Shown here: positions 33,916 through 48,124 of the stretch, piece after piece | Position numbering within the stretch: position 1 is the first letter of the stretch | Layout of the letters: every line of letters starts with the position of its first letter | Assembly: GCF_009914755.1 (NCBI RefSeq) | Contig: NC_060932.1 | Direction: 5' to 3' (one strand) | DNA length: 64,000 nt | Source of the DNA: the human T2T-CHM13v2.0 reference genome, Homo sapiens | Notes under the pieces: generated by a model | What the model saw: the letters and a program-made list of their open reading frames with translations, nothing else | Told to the model about the DNA's origin: nothing | The model's database searches: none | Translations under genes and position numbers: made by a program

Positions 33916-36900
33916 ACATAGTGACTTCCAAACACCATGCATTTCTGCTTGGTCACATATCACATTTTCATTTTTACATATCGTGCATGACAATGTGTTT
34001 AATAGCAGCATGCCCTACTAAAATGTCTGTCGAATTTCATTTTTGTTCCTCACATTATTCCAAACGCTTAGCATAGTGTCTGCCATATGGAATATAGACA
34101 CCAATTTTAAAATAAACACATGAATAAATTTATATAAAATAGCAATAAGGACACTTTACATCAAAACTTTTGAGATCTGGGAAATAGTTTAATCAGACAC
34201 TAGCATTTATTCTTAGCTTTCTTAATTAAATAAAAATGAGTACAAATTAATTTACTAAAAGTCCACAACGTAAAAAGAGAGATTAAAAAAAGAAAAGAAA
34301 TGCCAAGGTAAGCTGATAATGTTTTTAAAAAGTTTAGCAATAAAATAATATATGTAACTTAAAATTTGTCATGATAATTTATTCTTAAAATGGAAAATCA
34401 GTAAAATACTCAGACTTCTAGCATAATATCTCTATATTCTAAATTCTAAAATGCATATCTATCTTTTCACTAAAGAATTCATTTTTAGAATTCTGGGTTC
34501 GCATACAATAGTTATGTATATTTAATTGATAGTATTTCATTTTTCCCTTTCCAATTTACTAGTCAAATGATAGTGTTCCTTAAAATTGATGGTGTCTTTA
34601 AATGGATACACTAACATAATTAAGGGAAAAAATACACAAGCAAATTACATATAAGAAAAATCAGAAGCCATAGAGTTTTGGTTAGTAGATTCATTTCAAG
34701 AAAGAGGTTTACTCAGTCTACATATGTAAATATGATTTCATAAAAGGAAACTGATTATTACAATAAAAAACAAGAGAAATATATGCCCACAGAAAGGCTG
34801 TCCTTGGTCAAAAGCGCGTTGAGGCTCAGCAACTTCAAGTGCTTGCATTTTTCATTTGAGTGCTTCTTCATTGTGTCACTCAGCTATTCTTTGTGTATCT
34901 TCTTTCTACATCTATTTATATCCACTTTCCTGAGAGTTTAAATCTGAGCATTTAAAAAAATAATTTTGTACAATGTAACAGCATTAAAATAATAACAGGG
35001 TCTGAAAGGAAAATGTGGCTTGGATTTTATATATGATTGAAGACAAAATGCTTTGCTCAATGCATATTTCAGAATCCCTTATAATACTAATGTATACTTA
35101 TAAGGAATTTTAAGGAACACCATCAATTTTAAGGAACACTATCATTTGACTAGTATTATAAGTATATACTAATTAAAGAAATATCATGAATATTCTTACT
35201 AAGGGTATAGGTCCACATTCTATATGGATTCTAGCCTATTTATCAGTTTCACAAAGGAGAAACTTTTGGGTAAGATGAATGTATGATTTGGAGGAATAAG
35301 AGAAAACAGAATTTAACTCATCAGCAATGCTCTTTCAGTTATCAATGATATAAATGAAAAATTTCACATAATTATCTAAAAAGAATTTTCATTTGCAAAC
35401 AATTATGGGAATTTAAATTTTCAGAGTGTCATTGGAGTTCCACATACTGTTTGACAAACACAGGTTTACAGTAGGTGATTATGGGTCATGATTGTTTATG
35501 GATCAATCGACTCAACACAATGAAAATATTTCCCATTCTTAGACATATTGCATTAATCAATATCTGCCTCACAAGCATTTCTGGCCTCTCCCTTGGGCCT
35601 GTGGGTGAATTCTGGCATTAGCTCATCATGCCGGTGGAAATGAATAGTTGTGTTTTAAGTCAGTAGGATCATCTTCTCATAGATATAAATTATGACTCAA
35701 AAGCATACGAAAGGCAAACTTGAAGATTGAAATGCAACACAGAAAATGTTTTCTAATACTTGGGTTCAAATGTAGGATATACGTAAGTGAAGTCCACACG
35801 AAGTGTACACACACACACAAACACACACATGCACACATACATAGGCACATATGCACGAGCACACAACAAAGGAAAATCCCAGATGAAATAAAGGAGATAA
35901 TGAAATTGAGAGAAAGAGAGGGTTGTCCTCTCCCACCTGCGATAAAAGTATTAAATCGATTAAAGATTGTGACCTTTGACTGGGGAGAAGATACTCAAAT
36001 TCCGGGTATGATAGCTCACACCACTCTAGTCTGTGTTCCAAACCAGGGTGGTGAAGAGAGTCTGGCCTGAGCTCATTATGAATAATTCATATCTCATCCA
36101 TCTTTTGAAGAGGTGTTAAATTGCCCTTTTGGCGTGTCTGTGGTTTCTGAGGAATGTGTTCACACGTCATTATCACTCGGTGATGGACTCCTGAGAGAGT
36201 ATGTAATTGTCTTGGAACCAAGGTCTTTGTCAGTATGGTGATGAACGATTTCAGGACAATATGACTTCCCTTGTGACCACAAAGGTAAAACTCCAGTGGA
36301 ACAGAGGACAATGATCCCCTTTCCCCCTTTAACTTTTACAGCAATTTTACTTTTCCCTAATATTTGCTTCAGTTATAATTCACTTATTCCACCTTCCAGT
36401 ATCGTCAAAACTAAACTCTTTGAAAAAGAGATATAAGGAAAACCATGGTTTGTTTTTATAATGCAATAAAAAAATTATAGGATTTATCTTGCCAAAATCA
36501 CATACTTTTCTACTACCATTCATTTATGAAACAATCATTTGAGCTCTATTATTTTAAGCAATTTCCACATACAATTATGTTATTATAATGAAGTTCTAGA
36601 AACCTGAAGAGGTAGAAATTATCCATCCCTTTACAGACTAGAAATTGATTTTCTTAACATGAAATAGCCAGTACACGGTGGATTGACGTCTCTCTTCCCT
36701 TTTGCTGTAAATCTGGTGGAATACTGCCTCCAGCAATCTTAGTCTCCAAATCAGTGTGCATGTGCTTCCTTTTAGTTTGAGAAGTTGCCACAGTAATTTT
36801 TTTTTTCCACATTAAGGACCCTAGTCTATAAGCAAACTTCAGGAGACAAGTCAGGAGGAATTCATGAAAGCATGTTCTGCCGAGTTTATGAGTTTCTAAA

Positions 36901-39059
36901 GACAGATCTACCTACTGTGCAAATAGACTGTGTGTGTGTGTGCATGCATGTATGTGTGTGTGTGCCCATGTATAGCAGATGGAGGGATGAGGCCTACAGC
37001 AGATTGGATAAAGGTAGACTAGTTTGGAAGATACTGTGTGCTCCAAATTAGAAACAACCTAGTTAAGTGGTATCGTGGTAAAAATCTGGCTAAGTGGTGT
37101 TGTGGTAGAAAACGAGAAAAAGGAATGGCATTGAGAAACACTTAGAAATGTTCAAATAATTGAAATCATCAAATTTTAATTAACGGAGGGACCTAAAATA
37201 AACACCTTTGGGAATAGCTGATTCCTAGAATGCGTGTAATTCATTTAATAGGAAGAGAGTATACTGGCCACAAGCAGGGGGGTGCTGTAGGCATAAGTCA
37301 AAGGTTTATGGAAGAAACAGTGAATGTTGGTTAATCCAGTGGGTTTCTTCATTAGCAAAGCTTCTACTGTGAAGAGTTAGAAGGCTATGGCGACTTACAA
37401 AAGTTTGTAACAAGAAGACCTGTAGCTTCATATTTCTGTTTTACAATGATAAATATGGTAGCACTATAAAAGCTTAATTTCTTTAAGGGGTAACAAGAAA
37501 ATGTAAGAGAGAGCTTCAATCATAAAGAATTGCAGAGAGCTCTGGCTTTTACTGGAAAGATAAGGACAAAATCTGATGCTTTCAATTCCTACTCTGTCAT
37601 TCCTACTATAGCTTTGTTTATTTATTTTATTTTACCTTTTAACCTCAGTGAGATCTTCAAATACAGATTGATCTATGTTTTTCTCTGTACATCAGTTCCT
37701 TATTTCCTGAACCTCTTTTGGGGTATGTTTTTGGATGTTCACTACAAGACATAGAATTAGTCAACACCTGTGGTTGTCCAATGAACAATTGGATTTATGA
37801 CAATTATGTTTTGGCAATTATATAATTATATAATTAAAAAGATTAGATAACTGGAACATTGTTCCTGGGACAGATGAAGGACATGGTTTATTAAGCAATT
37901 GTATATGTTTCACAGCCATGATAAGTTCACAAACACAGCACATTTGTATTAAAAGTATCACAGTCTCAATAAAGAAAGAGTAGAAATTTATTTGAATCTG
38001 AAAACTTAAATAGCATATACATTCCACTTTACATTTTAAACTTCTTTACACAGAAAAAAATTACTAGTAGAAACACTGGCTTTCTGGGTAAGTTCCTTAT
38101 GAATAGGTGCCTATTTCTCAGGTAAAGAAACAGACACTTTGATAAATTATTTGCCTATGGACAAGCAAAAGTTAATGGCCGGCAGATTAAAGCTATGAGA
38201 CTTTAGTCTCCAGAGCTGAGTTTGAACCTCTGGAACATGCTTATTCTTTCAAGGATAAACATGAGTCATTAAAAGCAAAATTTTTGGAGATATTAACGCC
38301 CAAAGAAAATGCAGGCAAGAAAGGATGTCAAGTCAATACGGAAATTTAAAAACTAAACACAGAAATATAGCTTGAAATAGAGTTTGTGTTTTTGAAGACT
38401 ACTATACTCAGCCTTGCAACTTTATTAATTACAAAATATGAATGATATTTAAATGACTTTAAATAAATTTGTAGGGAAATTAAGATGACATTGGTAAAGT
38501 ACATGCCTGAGTGTGTTGTGTGTGTAGATGTACACACTCACAATTATGCCCATAAGGCAGGATGCAATAATTCATAAACGATGCATGAAATATGTAATAG
38601 AGCATATCATAACAACACTCAATACCTTTTGGGATATAAATTTGCCTATGTATAGTTTTGCTAGGTCATTCTTACCTTAGAATGTGATTGGGAAATTATT
38701 GTGATTTTCTTCTTAACTAACTCATGTCTCTCTGTCTCTCTTTCTCTTTATTTTTCCCATTGTGCCAAAATCAGTCAAGACCTTCACATGGATTATCTCA
38801 GTTTCTCCTCATGGCACTTAGCAAACTCAATGCCAGCTTACAAATACACAATCATAGATCATGAATTTTATTATTGACAGGGAAAAGTAAACATTCTGGC
38901 TACCACTTTTGCTCAGAGAGATAAATATTGCTGAAGATGTTATTTTATTCAAGTCAAAATAAATGAATATACATATACACAAATCTATCTTTAATATTTC
39001 TACTAGGCTTCTGCTGCAAGGTGAATTTCCCAAAAAGCATACTTTGAGATGAAGGTGAA

Positions 39060-40450
39060 TGTGAAGGTTTAGCAGAGTTTTCTTATGAAATGGAAGGGAA
39101 GGAAAAGAAGCAGATTTGGGACAAGAGAATTACCGAACGGAGGTGCAATCATAGTGCGGGCCTCAGCCAACCATAGGGGTGTTCTGCACCTGGGATGATC
39201 TTTTAGAAGTGTCACGGGTTGGGACTAGGGCACTGGGCCTATTTAACACCCCCTTCCATCAATTAACACGCGATGTGGACCTCCTAGAAGGGGATTGACT
39301 TGCATATGGTGACTTTCTTCAGCCAAGGCAATGCGTATAGGAGGCAGACAGCCAGCACCAAGCACTGTAAACATATTCAGTTGCTTACTGCACGGGAATG
39401 TGGACTGTTTCTGATGCTTTCGTCTAACCGGGATGTAAAAAACACATGTTCCAAATGGCTGGTTGCACACCTTGACCAGGAATTTGTGTTGATCCGCTCT
39501 GGTGAAAATCCCATCCGTGACACAGGAGCTGCAGTCACGAATTATTAGGTGGTTGCTTTTGCAGTAATATACGCTTACCTTTCTGGTTTCACTTTGTCTT
39601 TGCAGCTGGAGGTATGATGGGGCTCATGACCCCACATCTCTCAGGTCTATAAGGGTGGGACTGATTTCTGTCATTACCTCAAGAAGTGAATTTTTTTAAT
39701 GTTATTTCCATTAGGACTTCAGAAGCTTTTGCTTGATCTTCCACACGAGCCAAGGAACCAACATGAGTTCTTGAGAAATACTCCATATGTTGATTCCAAT
39801 ACAATGGCTTCTGTAGCTTTCAGAATGTGATGCATCACATGAAATAATACTTCCATGAAGAAACCATTTGTGTTTTCCAAAATTTCAACAACTGGACATC
39901 ACCTGGTGCCAGAAGTTTTCTGTGTCCACTGGATATGGGATCTTCATTGCCAGCCAAGCAGAGGCTAATCAGTGTGTCAGCTGGCTCCAAGATTTCATCC
40001 AAGTTACTGCTTGCTGTCTTATATAACTTTTATACCAACCGTAGCAGGCTGGGATCCCAAAGAAGCCAACTCTGAGCCAGAGATGAGTGTGGGAGAGGAG
40101 GATTAGGATTGCTTTTGGGATTAAAACCTGTGGACATAGGATTAGGTGGAGAGAAAAGTTGTGTTGAGATGTGGGCTCTGGGGGGGCTTCAGCCCCTCCT
40201 AGGGGGAGAGCTGGAACTGAGAGGATCCTTCAGCATTGTCTTCCTGCTGAGGGAGGGGCCAGGCTTTTATGCACCCACATGTGTGATAGAGGGAAGTGAC
40301 CTCATTCATGAGACGGCCCTTCAGCTCAGGCCTTTTCCCCAGGGGCTGACAAGGGAGTATCTCTCTGCCAGCAGCCCAATCAGGAGCCAGAGAGTTCTCT
40401 GACTGTCTTCTACCAGCCAACAAGCCTCACACCAGCATCCCAACTTGAAA
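39060..40450 (-). mobile_element. Two same-orientation LTR33-like LTRs (~39060-39440, ~40040-40450) flanking ~600 bp of ERVL-like internal remnant
   Basis: Both blocks share colinear motifs (gcctcagccaacc / cttcagcccctcc; ctgggatgatctttt / ctgagaggatccttc; gggcctattt / caggcttttat; cttcagccaaggc / cttcagctcaggc) like antisense LTR33. Confidence 0.6.
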
Positions 40451-40595
40451 AATCTTGAGTGTAAATACTGCAATTATAAATCATATCTAGTAAATTTTAT
40501 TCTTTTATCAGACATTCTTTACTCACTCATCCCTTTTCCAACCCAGTAAGTATAGTTATTTTTTTCATCCTTATAATCATGACTATTTTTAGCCT

Positions 40596-40910
40596 TGTGT
40601 TAGTTTTCAAAGATGGACCCAGAATCCTTTCCTCCTTCTGGCAGTATGGCAGTGCTCATGTTAACAGCTGGAGTGCACGTCCCTTCCTGTTGTATGTGAG
40701 CTGGCTTGTGACTTGGTTTCACCAACAGAATGCAGTGGATGTGATGCTCTGACTTCCAAGACCAGGCCATTGGGATTCTGTCAGATTATAATTCTGCCTT
40801 GGAAGCCAGTTTTTATGTAAAAAGTCAAAATACTCAGAGCCATCATATTTGCAGGTAGCCCAAACTACACAGAGACGGAGAAAAAAGCTTCAGAGAGGAA
40901 CGCTGAGAAC
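40596..40910 (+). mobile_element. MLT1-type (MaLR) LTR
   Basis: tgtgttagttttcaaagatgg...gagctggcttgtgacttggtttcaccaacagaatgcagtggatgtgatgc...gacttccaagaccaggcc. Confidence 0.75.
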
Positions 40911-42886
40911 TAAACAATATTATGGAATCCCTTTTATGCCTTTTTGTAGAGTTACATACATTTGTTTATAACTGTTTAAGGACAATTTAGACCGTTTCAA
41001 AGTAAGTGAATTCATCTGTTAATTAAGCAACGTAGTAATTGGGCCTAGGGTTGCACTGTTGTTATGTAACTCATAATTTTCCTTATATTTACCTACTTTG
41101 CATCTATGATAATAATTATTATAAGTTCAGTTAGCATAGTCATTAAATAAATATGTAATTTATTATAGTGACATTTGTTTATGGTACAGTATCTCTCCAC
41201 ATAGTTCAAGTTTTCTTAGAATCTTTAAACTATCCATAATATGATTTCACCATGAAAAAGGCAGTGGTGCTGCTAGATAATTTGCTATAAATTAGATGTG
41301 AGCCAGAAGGTGCAATGACTTTTCTTCCCGTGTTAGGATTATAAAGCAACCCCTGGGGTTGTTTTGTGCTATGATTTTCATGTTGCAGAAGTCAAGAAAT
41401 TCACAATTACAGTCCTTCCACAACCTTTGATAGACTCGAAATAGTTATTATATAACAGAAACAGTACCATATAGAAGCAGGATTCACCACTTTTATTTAT
41501 GAGAAAGAGTTGTAGTTACTAAGGGATTCATAATTTAGACTCATAAAACGTGAGCATTAGAAAAGAAAATGATGTTAACATAATCTGACTTTCATGACTT
41601 TACACGGCCGTTATAAGTTGATATCATTTTTCAGCAATTGTAAATTGAAGTCATTTCGGAACTGATTGTAAATCCTTAGGTGAAGAAAACCAAATTCGGT
41701 TTACAAGGCATGGTATATTCCTTACCTTTCTGAGTTCAATGATATCATTATACGTGGCCAGCCCTACAGTGAAAAAGAGTATATCCTCAACATAATCTGA
41801 ATCTAACTTTGTCAGTGGTGTCTGCAAGTAGAGACTTAGCAAAAACTTTACTCCATAATAAATTGCAAATTAAAGAAGGGAGTAGAACAGCTGCTTCACC
41901 TGAGAATGCTTGCTGAGGAGTAATTGGTCTCATTGTGACACCAGGTCTCCCCACTAAACAATTGTTTGAAGTCACAAAGCTTTTGTCAAAGTGAAGTATA
42001 ATAAATAATGTGCAGGGAAGCATGAGTAATGTGCAATTTGGGGTGAGCTGCGAGAGTTGGTGTATCTTGCCCCAGGTTGTCCTGGGGCTAGAAGGAAAGG
42101 CATATTATGCTGATCCTAGCAGACATTATTGTTGATAACAGGAATTGATACAGAGCTTTTATGAGTCAGTTTTGCTTAAAAACTGAGAATTAACATGAAA
42201 ACAAAAATAAAAATATGGTAAAGCTATATTGAAAGGTGCTTAATGACAGTATCTGTGTATAATTTATTCATTTATCCAGTCACAACGTATTTATTAAGCT
42301 TCTTCTTGTAGAATAAGGTACTAGGGGCCAGGACTACGCTGATAACAAGACAGAGATGATCTTCACTAAACTTGCATCTTAATTAAGAAGTCAAAGTGAA
42401 GCATAACAGAAACATCATGGATAATTGAAAGATTTCGGTGGCTTTCTGCTGTCATTAGAGTAAAAATCCACATATTTAATGTGGCCTTTAATAATCTTAT
42501 TTATAGTTGATCTAGTTGCCTCAGCTACAGTATAATGAGTAAATGTGAAAGCACCAAGCTTATGTGCAGTGAGATTTAAAGGAGAAGTGGCCATATGGGT
42601 TAAGAGATTGGCAATTCCCTTGAGAGACTGATAAATTGACATATGTTAAAGGTAAGAGCAGCAGGAACCTGGTGCTGTTCTATAAGGTGTTAATTTAGAG
42701 AATGGCTATGGAGTTTAGTGGTTTGGGTTTCAAAACTAGGAACATCCTTTGTCTGTTGTATGATGTTGGAGATGTCATTAGCTCCATGAGGTTGCTGTGA
42801 GAATTCTTGGATATTATCTCTTTCTAAATTACTTCTCATACATTTTCTCTCTATTGCTTCCATAGCTTCCGTTACATGCATTTAAT

Positions 42887-43606
42887 CCATCTCACACCAG
42901 TTAGAATAGCAGTCATTAAAAAGTCAGGAAACAACAGGTGCTGGAGAGGATGTGGAGAAATAGGAACACTTTTACACTGTTGGTGGGACTGTAAACTAGT
43001 TCAACCATTGAGGAAGTCAGTGTGGCGATTCCTCAGGGATCTAGAACTAGAAATACCATTTGACCCAGCCATCCCATTACTGGGTATATACCCAAAGGAC
43101 TAAATCATGCTGCTATAAAGACACATGCACACGTATGTTAATTGCGGCACTGTTCACAATAGCAAAGACTTGGAACCAACCCAAATGTCCAACAATGATA
43201 GACTGGATTAAGAAAATGTGGCACATATACACCATGGAATGCTATGCAGCCATAAAACATGATGAGTTCATGTCCTTTGTAGGGACATGGATGAAATTGG
43301 AAATCATCATTCTCAGTAAACTATCGCAAGAACAAAAAACCAAACACCACATATTCTCACTCATAGGTGGGAGTTGAACAATGAGATCACATGGACACAG
43401 GAAGGGGAACATCACACTCTGGGGACTGTTGTGGGGTGGGGGGAGGGGGGAGGGATAGCATTGGGAGATATACCTAATGCTAGATGACGAGTTAATGGGT
43501 GCAGCACACCAGCATGGCACATGTATACATGTGTAACTAACCTGCACAATGTGCACATGTACCCTAAAACTTTAAGTATAATAATAAAAAAATTAATTAA
43601 AAAAAA
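42887..43606 (+). mobile_element. 5'-truncated L1PA (about L1PA2-3), 720 bp
   Basis: ORF2 C-terminus (ORFs 42876-43103, 43060-43377), G-rich 3' UTR, A-rich tail; no TSD visible. Confidence 0.95.
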
Positions 43607-44242
43607 TCTATAAAATGTATTTTTTCGTATTCAAGAAGCCAGATAAAAAAGAAAAAGCTTAATACTGTCAGGGATAGCTGACTTTTCAACAGGAACAATG
43701 GAAACTAGGAAACAATGGATGGGACACTTCACGTGCTGGAGGGGAGAAATTGGCATCCTAGGGTTTTGTACATAAACTTTCAGACCTAAACAATGGAGGA
43801 TCTTTTCATGCCTGAAAGCGAAGGTCTTAGGAACTGCCTTTAAGGTATTCTCTTACTTGGACACATGGGTCAATTTAAGCAGCAAAATAACAATTTTGTT
43901 AAAATATTGTAATGAATTGAATTAAAAAATGAATCAATGAGTGCATGGTAATATCGAGAGATAGAAAATAAGAGAGAGATTGAAAAATGGGGAGGGAAAG
44001 AGAAAGAGACAAGAAGAACAAGAGTAAGCTCTAATTTACAGAAGCATTTGAATTGCTAAATGTAGAAAAATGGATAGCATAAAAATAATTATTTTTCAAA
44101 TTCCCCAAAGCAATAAGTATTTCAGGATAGAATTAACTATGGATAATAAAACCATTGGGTGGATAATTGTTATAAAATAGATTACCAGCACATGTTGAAA
44201 GTACCATTGCAGAGATTAAAAACAAAAGAGGAAAACGCATCT

Positions 44243-44630
44243 ATATCATTCTGCTTGGGCTACCATAACAAAATACTGTGGATGACGAGCCAGCTGAAAT
44301 AACAGAAACTTATTTTCACATAGTTCTGGAGGCTGGAAGTCCAAGATCAAGGAAGCAGCATGGTTGGGTCCTGGAGAAGGCTCTTTTTCTCACTGGTACA
44401 TGGCAGTCTCCTCACTGTGTCTCCCTATGGTGGGAAGAGAAAAGGGCAGCAAGTTGTCTGGTGCCTCATCTCATAAGGGCACTAATCCCGTCATGAGGGC
44501 CTCACCTTCATGAACTCATTTAATCTTAATTACTTTCTTAGAGTCCCCATCTTTCAAAAAAACCACACTATTAGGGGTTAGGGCTTCAACAGATAAATTT
44601 TGGGGAGACACAAACATTCACTCCATAATA
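44243..44630 (-). mobile_element. MLT1A-type MaLR solo LTR
   Basis: cttgggctaccataacaaaatac...agttctggaggctggaagtccaagatcaagg...ttttggggagacacaaacattcactccata. Confidence 0.88.
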
Positions 44631-45039
44631 TATCTCTAAAGTGAGAAGCTCTGATGGCCACCACACTGCCCTTCTTACTCTATTGACCAACTTCATGTCA
44701 CTAGTCATGAAGTCACAGGGCAATCTGACATTATGTGTCTCCTGATGTGATGTGAAAAGAACTAACGCAATATCAACTATGTGATGTACTTATCTGGAAT
44801 GATTACCCTGAACTTGTTCATAAGGAGAAATACACAGCCGAGACATTCTATGAACTGAATTGCCTGGACTATTCCAAAATATCAATGTCACTAAAAGCAG
44901 AAAGAAAGCTGAAGGAATTTAAAAGGTTAATACACTACAGAATCATAAACATAATGCGAGGTGTGTTACAAGTTAGCATCCCTAGGAAACTGATCGGAAG
45001 CGGAGGTAGAGCACAAGCCTTGATTGAAATATGTTCTTT

Positions 45040-45380
45040 TTTTGTCTCACCCCTCCTTCCCCCACTAGACAGGCCCCACTATATGTTGTTCCCGTCTCTG
45101 TGTCCATGTGTTCTCTTTGTTCAGTTCCCACTTATACGTGAGAACATGCAGTGTTCAGATTTTTGTCCCTGTGTTAGTTTTGGTGAGGATAATGGCTTCC
45201 AGCTCCATCCATATCCCTGCAAAGGACATGATCTTGCTCCTTTTAATGGCTGCATAGTATTCCATGGTATATATGTGTATTTTCTTTCTCTAGTCTATCA
45301 CTGATGGGCATTTGGTTGATTCCGTGTCCTTGGTATTGTGAATTGTGCTTCAATGAACATATGTATGCATTCTCTTATAA
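45040..45380 (-). mobile_element. Older L1P (L1PA8-16/L1PB) 3' fragment
   Basis: gtgtccatgtgttctc...cccacttatacgtgagaacatgcag...ataatggcttccagctccatccatatccctgcaaaggacatgatc. Confidence 0.85.
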
Positions 45381-48124
45381 AGAGGTGTGCTCTTTTAAGC
45401 TAAGAACAATACTCTGGGAGGACTGTTGGAATATTTCTGGCAACTGGAAGGATATACATCTTTTAATCTTAAAGGTGAATCTGAGAAGCACATCAAAATT
45501 TCCAGGAGAACGCATGAAATAGGATTGGATCATGAATTATATGATTTTATTAAAAATATTTTTAGAGAAACATCTTGGAGCACTTAGAAAAATTTTAATG
45601 TAGGCTGTATAGAATTATGAACATATTGTTGAGTTAATGTTAACTTGGATGTCATAATGGCATGGTTATTATGCATGTTGTTATTTTTAGGAAATTCAGA
45701 ATTACATAATTGGAAGTGGCAAATGTGGAAAAATGTTAGAAAAACAATAATTTGTGATGGTGAGTCTCATCAAGTGTGTTAATTCTCACTGGCTGGAAGA
45801 ATCTCCAATTCTGAACGTTTCCTGCTTTATTAGGCTGGGCTTCTACTGACATTTTCTGTTTCATTGCTCTTTATGCCCCCAAAATGATTGATTTGATCTT
45901 GTAATTGAAAGCACGTCTTTATAAATGTCAACTTGCTGGTAATCAACATGTAATATATGTACTATATGAATATAAACATCAAATCATGGTATGGCCTTTG
46001 GCTTGGAAGTATATTGTCTAGGAGAATAGCCGTCCACATCAAACAACTAAGGTCACATCAACATATCGCATTCAACAAATATTTTCTGAGGCACTGACAT
46101 GCAGGTCATCATTCCAAGTGTGGAGAATGCATCATGAGACAAAGATCCTTGCATGACATCATTGTGAGAGATCCACATTCCGTGCCTGCTTTGCTCTTCC
46201 GATAAAATGCTGGCAGTTTCCAACACAACTGTCATATAGTGCCTGATACATAAATAACTAACGGTTAATTTACTTTGTGAACAATGTCATAGAAATATTT
46301 TATCAAATAACTTTTTATTCCACGTGACTTCCTCTGATTCTCATATAGGATGTGAGTTTGAATGGTTTAAATACTAGAATATCCCCTGAGAAGAGTAACT
46401 GTATAAGTAAATAACAAACTTACTATGCTTTGGAGAGTAATAAACTGCATTTTAAGAAAATGGTCTGTTGGCATTCTTGGGGAAATTGCTTTGCTTCTTG
46501 ATCAGTCCTTCAGAGAAAATTTTTGGAAAAGGACCCCAGACACATTTCATGATAGCAATGGAATGTGAATGACAAAAATTGTACTTCACCATGATGCTTA
46601 TATATTTAGGAGAAATTTTTTTATGAGAGATTACTGGACTAAAATTAATTTTTAAAGATGTTCGTATATGAAAAAATGAAACATTTCTCACAACCTCACT
46701 TGAAAAAGATTGTTTGCCAGTACTCCTAAAATAGTTTTCTGAGAATGAGAACTTACAGTGCAAAATATGAAGCCAAAATCTTGGGGATTATTATGGCAGA
46801 ATTCAACTTGAAAGCAAGTCTGATTTCATTTCCAACATAGTGTTAATTGGCAATTGCTGGTCCACATTGAGAATGCATACAAAATTACTTAGATTAATGA
46901 GCTCCAATAAATGTTGACTTTTCTCATTCATCTGCAATAGTCTTTGCTCAACCAGTTTATGAATAAGGATGGCAAATGGATGCATTACAAAATTATGACC
47001 ATTCCAATGTATGCATTATGGGCCCTCATTCTATTTGACTCCTCCTTCCTTAGTTACGCCAGTATCATGGAACTCCACACAAGGTACATGCATTCACTTT
47101 AGCATTGTAAAATTTGGGATGGCAGTAGCAAAATTTTTGGTTCTGAAAGGATAATCAGTACACATTTAATATCTCATATGTGAATATCCAATAATATCAG
47201 ATGGCCTCCAAATAATTACTGATAAACAAATATATATTACTTTAAGCAATTTTAATATATCCCTAATACTTATCTCAATGGTATATAACTTGAAGATCTT
47301 AAATAAAGTCATAGAAAAAATCATATTTAAAAAATATTTACATGCTGTATTAAATATAATTTATGTTAAGTGTAAGTGTAAGATTAAATATAATGGAATA
47401 AGTTACACATATTAAAAGTGTGCTTTGGGATATGTTTTGATGGGTTATATACACTTATCAAACTACCTTCCAGGTAAAGAAAATAGGCACACCCCTCATC
47501 TCAAAAGTGTCCTTAGGACCCTCTGTAATCCATTCCTCTAACAATGGATTAGTTGCATTTCCTAGAATTTTGCACAAATGAAATTGCATAGCATGGATTA
47601 TTTCTTGCCTGGCTTATTTTGTTGAACATAATTATTTTGTTATATACTCATGCTATTGCAGGTATCAATATCTCATTTGATTTTATAACTGAGTAGAATC
47701 ATATTGCATGCATATACACAATTTATTTATATCTTTACTTGTTGAGGGACATTCGGACTGTGTCCAGTCTTGGTTCAGTAGAAATAAAGCTTCTATGAAC
47801 ACTTGTATATTAATATAGATATCTTTGTATGCAAATATATTTTTTTCTCTTAGTTAAATAACTAGGAATGGACTGGTTGAATCACATGGTATGGTAGGTA
47901 CATTTACATTTTAGAAAATTCTGTCAACTTCTTTTCCAAAGTGTCTGTATCATTTTATATTTCTACCACAATGCGTTAATCTCCCAGCTCTTCCACGTCC
48001 TTGCCAGTGGTTATATATTTGTTTTTAAACTTTAGCTATTCTAACAGGTATGTAGTAGTTACTCATTGAGCTTTTAATTTGAATTTGTCTACTGACATGA
48101 TTTTGAGCATCTTTTCTTGTGCTT

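Larger units (their letters stand above)
43630..45760 (+). mobile_element. Old L1M/L1ME fragments hosting MLT1A and L1P insertions
   Basis: gctgacttttcaacaggaacaatggaaactagg (ORF1 region); tgacattatgtgtctcctgatgtgatg and ctggactattccaaaatatcaatgtca (3' UTR). Confidence 0.55.

Noticed and set aside
41343-41365. Short palindrome caacccc-t-ggggttg followed by Ts (terminator-like)
   Set aside because: Only a 7-bp perfect stem in eukaryotic DNA; chance level.
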